Shown here in pieces: positions 59,884 through 64,000 of a stretch of DNA of 64,000 nt. How positions within the stretch are numbered: position 1 is the stretch's first letter; every line of letters begins with the position of its first letter. The stretch is taken from assembly GCF_055900595.2 (NCBI RefSeq), contig NZ_CM148325.1; one strand, given 5' to 3'. Below the pieces are notes generated by a model. The model made no database searches and was not told the DNA's origin. It worked only from the letters and a program-made list of their open reading frames with translations. The translations under genes and the position numbers were made by a program.

Positions 59884-60810
59884 TTAACTTTCTATTTTTA
59901 CTCTTTTCTCCACCATAAAATCAATAAAAGCACGAACTTTAGAGGGCATTCTCACCCGTGATGAAACATATATATAAAATCCAGAAAATGAAACGGCCCA
60001 ATCCTCAAGAATCGGCTGTAACTTGCCCGCATTGATATGTTCAGCGATTGCAAAATCCAGATGTTGAATGATACCCGTTCCATTCAGCGCCATTCGTATC
60101 ATGCTTTCGTCATCATTAGAAATATACTTACCTGACACCTCTATTTCGAACTCTTCATTACCCCCCACAACATTCGAAAACTCCCATGCTGAGAGTGCAC
60201 CGCTACTTTTATGCCGCAACCGAAGACAATTATGGTTACTCAATTCCTGAGGAGTTTCAGGAATACCGTGTTCTTTTAAATAATCTGGCGATGCCACAGT
60301 AACCAGTTTTATAAGCGGAGAAACAGGAACGGCAGTCATATGCTCATCCAGTCCTTGCTCAAGACGTATGCCCACATCACAGCCGTCCGCAATAATGTTA
60401 GATAAACCGTCATCCATAATGAGTTCTATCTTTGTTTTGGGGTAACGAGTAAGAAACTCGCCAATATGAGGCTCAATAAGCATCCTTGCTGCAACACGGG
60501 AGGAATTTATTCTCAACAGTCCTGTAGGTTCAAGTTGGGTATCACCGACATCTTTCAACGCATCATCAATTTGCCCCAAAGCCGACACCAGCACTTCATA
60601 CAGATGCTGTCCTTCCTCAGTAAGCGACATATTGCGGGTCGTACGGTATATCAGCTTGGTGTTAAGACGTTCCTCAAGAGATTTTAAATTCTGGGACAAT
60701 GCGGCCCGCGTAATACCCATTTCAGAGGCTGCCCTGGAAAAACTGCCGGCACGAACAATCAGCGCAAACCAGGCAAGAGAAGGCAAAATTGAAGGCTCTA
60801 TTTTCATCAT
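59884..60810 (-). CDS. LysR-family transcriptional regulator, about 308 aa
   Basis: LysR HTH; ATG pair at 60810/60807 (MMKIEPSILPSLAWFALIV...); divergent from the hydrolase gene. Confidence 0.8.
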   Translation of the reverse strand: MMKIEPSILPSLAWFALIVRAGSFSRAASEMGITRAALSQNLKSLEERLNTKLIYRTTRNMSLTEEGQHLYEVLVSALGQIDDALKDVGDTQLEPTGLLRINSSRVAARMLIEPHIGEFLTRYPKTKIELIMDDGLSNIIADGCDVGIRLEQGLDEHMTAVPVSPLIKLVTVASPDYLKEHGIPETPQELSNHNCLRLRHKSSGALSAWEFSNVVGGNEEFEIEVSGKYISNDDESMIRMALNGTGIIQHLDFAIAEHINAGKLQPILEDWAVSFSGFYIYVSSRVRMPSKVRAFIDFMVEKRVKIES

Positions 60811-60966
60811 TGTAAACCTTAACTTAACACTGTGATAGATATTAGACCATTGATGATAACCAATACAAGTCATACTATTACGCCGTTCGCGATATGAACA
60901 CGAATGCCAGTTGCGGATAATAGAAATGATATTTAAATCTGTTTAGGCAAATCCCTGGAGCTTGAA

Positions 60967-61887
60967 ATGAAAACGGTTTCGATAAAACACACTTACTGGG
61001 ATATAGCTGCTGATATCTATTTCCCTGACGATTTTAATAGTGAAAAAAAGTATCCTGCCATTATCAGTGCCCATCCAATTGGAAGCTGCAAAGAACAGAC
61101 ATCGGGTAGTGTGTATGGTGCCGCCCTGGCAAAAGCTGGCTTTATCGTCATTGCTTTTGATGCCAGTTTTCAGGGAAGCAGCGGTGGAGAACCGCGTTAT
61201 CTGGAAGATCCAACAATGCGAGTAAAAGACTTCAGCATTGTCGTTGATTACCTTACCACCTTACCTTACGTTGATGCCGGGCGTATTGGTGTACTGGGTA
61301 TTTGTGGTGGAGGTGGATATGCCATTAATGCCGCAATGACAGAACGTCGGATTAAAGCCATTGGTACTGTCACGGGTGCAAACTACGGGCGTCTTATGCG
61401 TGAGGGATTTACAGCGTTTAATCCTATCGGAGCACTCGAAGCAATGGCGCAACAAAGAACAGACGAAGCTAACGGCGCAAAACTTCGCGTAGATGATTTG
61501 CTCCCTTCTTCTCCGGAAGCAGCTCTTGAAGCGGGATTAACAGAAATAGACCTTTTTGAAGCAACAGAATATTATCGTTCACCACGAGGCTGTGCGCCTA
61601 ATGGGGTAAATCGTTCGCTATTTTCACATCAGACTGTTGCCGTGGGCTGGGATGCTTTTCATCTTGCAGAAGTCCTGTTAACTCAACCACTAATGGTTGT
61701 AGTGGGCGATAGAGTGGGCGCTTTTGGTGCCTATCGTGACGGCTGCGAAATTATTGGTCGTGCAGCCTCAAAACATAAAGAGTTGGTCGTGGTTGAAGGT
61801 TATTCACATTACGACCTGTATGATAAGCCAGAACCTGTGAAACAGGCGCTCGATAAATTAATTCCTTTTTATAAAACACATTTGTAA
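60967..61887 (+). CDS. alpha/beta hydrolase (dienelactone hydrolase-like), 306 aa
   Basis: GxCxG nucleophile elbow (GICGGG) and alpha/beta hydrolase pattern. Confidence 0.75.
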   Translation: MKTVSIKHTYWDIAADIYFPDDFNSEKKYPAIISAHPIGSCKEQTSGSVYGAALAKAGFIVIAFDASFQGSSGGEPRYLEDPTMRVKDFSIVVDYLTTLPYVDAGRIGVLGICGGGGYAINAAMTERRIKAIGTVTGANYGRLMREGFTAFNPIGALEAMAQQRTDEANGAKLRVDDLLPSSPEAALEAGLTEIDLFEATEYYRSPRGCAPNGVNRSLFSHQTVAVGWDAFHLAEVLLTQPLMVVVGDRVGAFGAYRDGCEIIGRAASKHKELVVVEGYSHYDLYDKPEPVKQALDKLIPFYKTHL

Positions 61888-62131
61888 TAATCTTACAGGG
61901 AGATTCCTTATCTCCCTGACATTTATCCTTTATTGACTACACAACAATAATGAAATTACTCAAAAAGAAATTTCATTAAAGAAACAAAAAAGCAGTAACT
62001 CAATCATTAAGATTATTAGAAACCCTTTGAAGGGATTATAAATAAAGCCAGAAATCTTGGTTCCAAAGCTGGCAACAACTAACCAGTTAAAACATACGCA
62101 TCAAAATCAGATAAACATTTGAGGTATTGTT

Positions 62132-63274
62132 ATGACAAATAAACACCCATCATTGTTTTCTCCTTTTATGCTGACAGAAAAAATAAAGCTACGTAATCGT
62201 ATCGTTATGGCTCCTATGACAACCTGGTCAGCTAATCCTGATGGAACCATCTCTGAGCAAGAACTCGAATTTTATAAACGTCGCTCACAAAATGTTGGTT
62301 TAGTAATAACAGGATGCACCTATGTCACGCCAAGCGGCATTGGGTTTACTCATGAATTTGCCGCGTATGACGACCGTTTCATTAACAGCCTTGAAAAGTT
62401 AGCTGCTGCAGCCAAAAGTGGCGGTGCTCCGGCTATTTTGCAGATTTTCCACGCCGGTAATAAAGCCATCCCGGAGCTTGTGCCAAATTACGATGTTATT
62501 AGTGCCAGCGCATCAAGCGTAAAATCTGGTGACTTTATGAAGAGAGTGGTACAAAGCAGGGAAATGACTGAAAACGAAATTCAGGAAACCATTAGAGCAT
62601 TCGGAGATGTCACAAAAAGGGCGATTAAAGCAGGTTTTGATGGCGTTGAACTTCATGGTGCGCACGGATTCCTTCTGCAGAATTTCTTCTCCCCTCTATT
62701 TAACCAGCGTAATGACCGATGGGGAGGAGATCTTGAAGGACGTATGCGCTTCCCGCTGGCCGTATTACAGGAAGTAAAAAATGTAGTCTATGAATATGCG
62801 ACAAAGCCCTTTGCCATCGGTTACAGAATATCTCCTGAAGAATCTGTAACAGGGGGTCTGCGGATAGAGGATACTTATAAACTCCTTGATCGGCTCATTT
62901 CATCCGGTATTTCGTATATACATACCTCGCTGGTCAGTATTAACGATAGCTACCCTGTTGAGTCGCCAAATGGCCCCCGAACTATTGAATTGATTTTAGA
63001 TCATATTGCAGGCAGAGTGCCGGTAATCGCCGCAGGTAAAATACGCACACCGTCTCAGGCTCAAGAAGCAATTTCCGCTGGCCTGCCACTTGTTGCAATC
63101 GGTAAAGGGCTGGTAATAAATCCAGAATGGGTGACTTTAGCTGAATCAGGTAGAAGTCATGAAATTCAAACAGCCCTTAATCCACAACGCGTTCCTGAAT
63201 TAACCATTCCGGATAAACTATGGGATCAAATTCAGGCATCGAAAGGAACTGGCTGGTTTCCGTTAATGGATTAA
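62132..63274 (+). CDS. Old Yellow Enzyme family NAD(P)H:flavin oxidoreductase, 380 aa
   Basis: OYE-type TIM barrel (MAPMTTWSA, HGAHGFLLQNFFSP motifs). Confidence 0.8.
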   Translation: MTNKHPSLFSPFMLTEKIKLRNRIVMAPMTTWSANPDGTISEQELEFYKRRSQNVGLVITGCTYVTPSGIGFTHEFAAYDDRFINSLEKLAAAAKSGGAPAILQIFHAGNKAIPELVPNYDVISASASSVKSGDFMKRVVQSREMTENEIQETIRAFGDVTKRAIKAGFDGVELHGAHGFLLQNFFSPLFNQRNDRWGGDLEGRMRFPLAVLQEVKNVVYEYATKPFAIGYRISPEESVTGGLRIEDTYKLLDRLISSGISYIHTSLVSINDSYPVESPNGPRTIELILDHIAGRVPVIAAGKIRTPSQAQEAISAGLPLVAIGKGLVINPEWVTLAESGRSHEIQTALNPQRVPELTIPDKLWDQIQASKGTGWFPLMD

Positions 63275-63746
63275 ATATCTATTACTCTCCCGAGAGTAAA
63301 ACTATCAAACCAATGAGTAACCGATACAGCCTCGCAAATTCTTTCAGATAATTAACCCGTCACTGCGGCACGTTCTCTCATAAGGCGTGCCTGCTGTGTA
63401 ATCCAGTATGTATCCGGCATACTTGACGGTTTAATAGAACTCAATTCCTTTCCCAGGTTACCAACAACGATATCTTGTATAACACCCCAGGAGATACGAC
63501 ATTATGATGAGATGAGGTATGCTCCTCAGCGCCAATCAACGCCAGGGCTGGGCCAGTTTTGAGATCAGACTCATTCCCGGACTGACTTCAGGCGACATAT
63601 ATCAATGACATTGGGGCAATAAAAGATAGCCGATGTAATACATCTATTCAAATTTGTGATACATGTCAAAAAATTGGTTGACCAAACTCGTTATTTATAT
63701 AAGGGCACTTACGAAGTGCACTCTTTTTTAAAGCGAGGAAGTACCA

Positions 63747-63848
63747 ATGAAAGAGAATAAAGTACAGCAAATCAGTCATAAACTGATTAATATCGTTGTT
63801 TTGGTAGCAATTGTAGAATACGCCTATTTATTCCTCCATTTCTATTAA
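63747..63848 (+). CDS. ykgR: 33-aa small hydrophobic protein
   Basis: GAGGAAG SD 5 nt before ATG; MKENKVQQISHKLINIVVLVAIVEYAYLFLHFY; matches my recollection of K-12 YkgR. Confidence 0.6.
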   Translation: MKENKVQQISHKLINIVVLVAIVEYAYLFLHFY

Positions 63849-64000
63849 TAACGGCAATAAACTGTTCATTTCAGCAATATTCAAAAGATGCATCCTCTCC
63901 CTTTTTTTTAAGTAATTATTATATCCGTGGGAGAGGAATACACGCTGTCAGGTAATCAATCAAACTGCGATAAATCATCGGCCAGTAAAGTGGAGATAGC

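Overview
This 64-kb window is an Escherichia coli-type chromosomal segment, read in inverted orientation relative to the K-12 reference as I recall it. Gene order is lacZ(3' end)-lacY-lacA, cynXST/cynR, codBA, prpEDCB/prpR, yahO, yahN, yahL, yahK, yahJ-yahI-yahG-yahF-yahE-yahD, yahC, yahB, pdeL(yahA), betT/betIBA, a degraded ykgH locus, ykgGFE, rclR/rclA, ykgA, intact eaeH/fdeC and ykgR. Most genes are recognisable core metabolic operons, with REP/BIME elements in several intergenic gaps, including a 4 x 93 bp tandem array between yahI and yahG. Content that looks accessory relative to K-12 (from memory, not verified): (1) a CUT2-type sugar ABC transporter operon plus an ASCH-domain gene between yahK and yahJ; (2) an aldo-keto reductase where rclBC would be expected; (3) a block of two aldo-keto reductases, two LysR regulators, an alpha/beta hydrolase and an Old-Yellow-Enzyme flavin reductase between eaeH and ykgR; (4) an intact 1417-aa intimin-like EaeH/FdeC. 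No CRISPR array, transposase, integrase or recognisable defence system was found. The most unusual items are a degenerate tRNA-like element next to the AT-rich yahL gene, and the uncharacterised yahD-yahJ operon, whose yahEFG module is paralogous to the fdrA-ylbE-ylbF oxamate-carbamoyltransferase genes. All calls rest on reading the sequence and ORF translations; no database search was run, and hand-indexed non-CDS coordinates may be off by a few bases.
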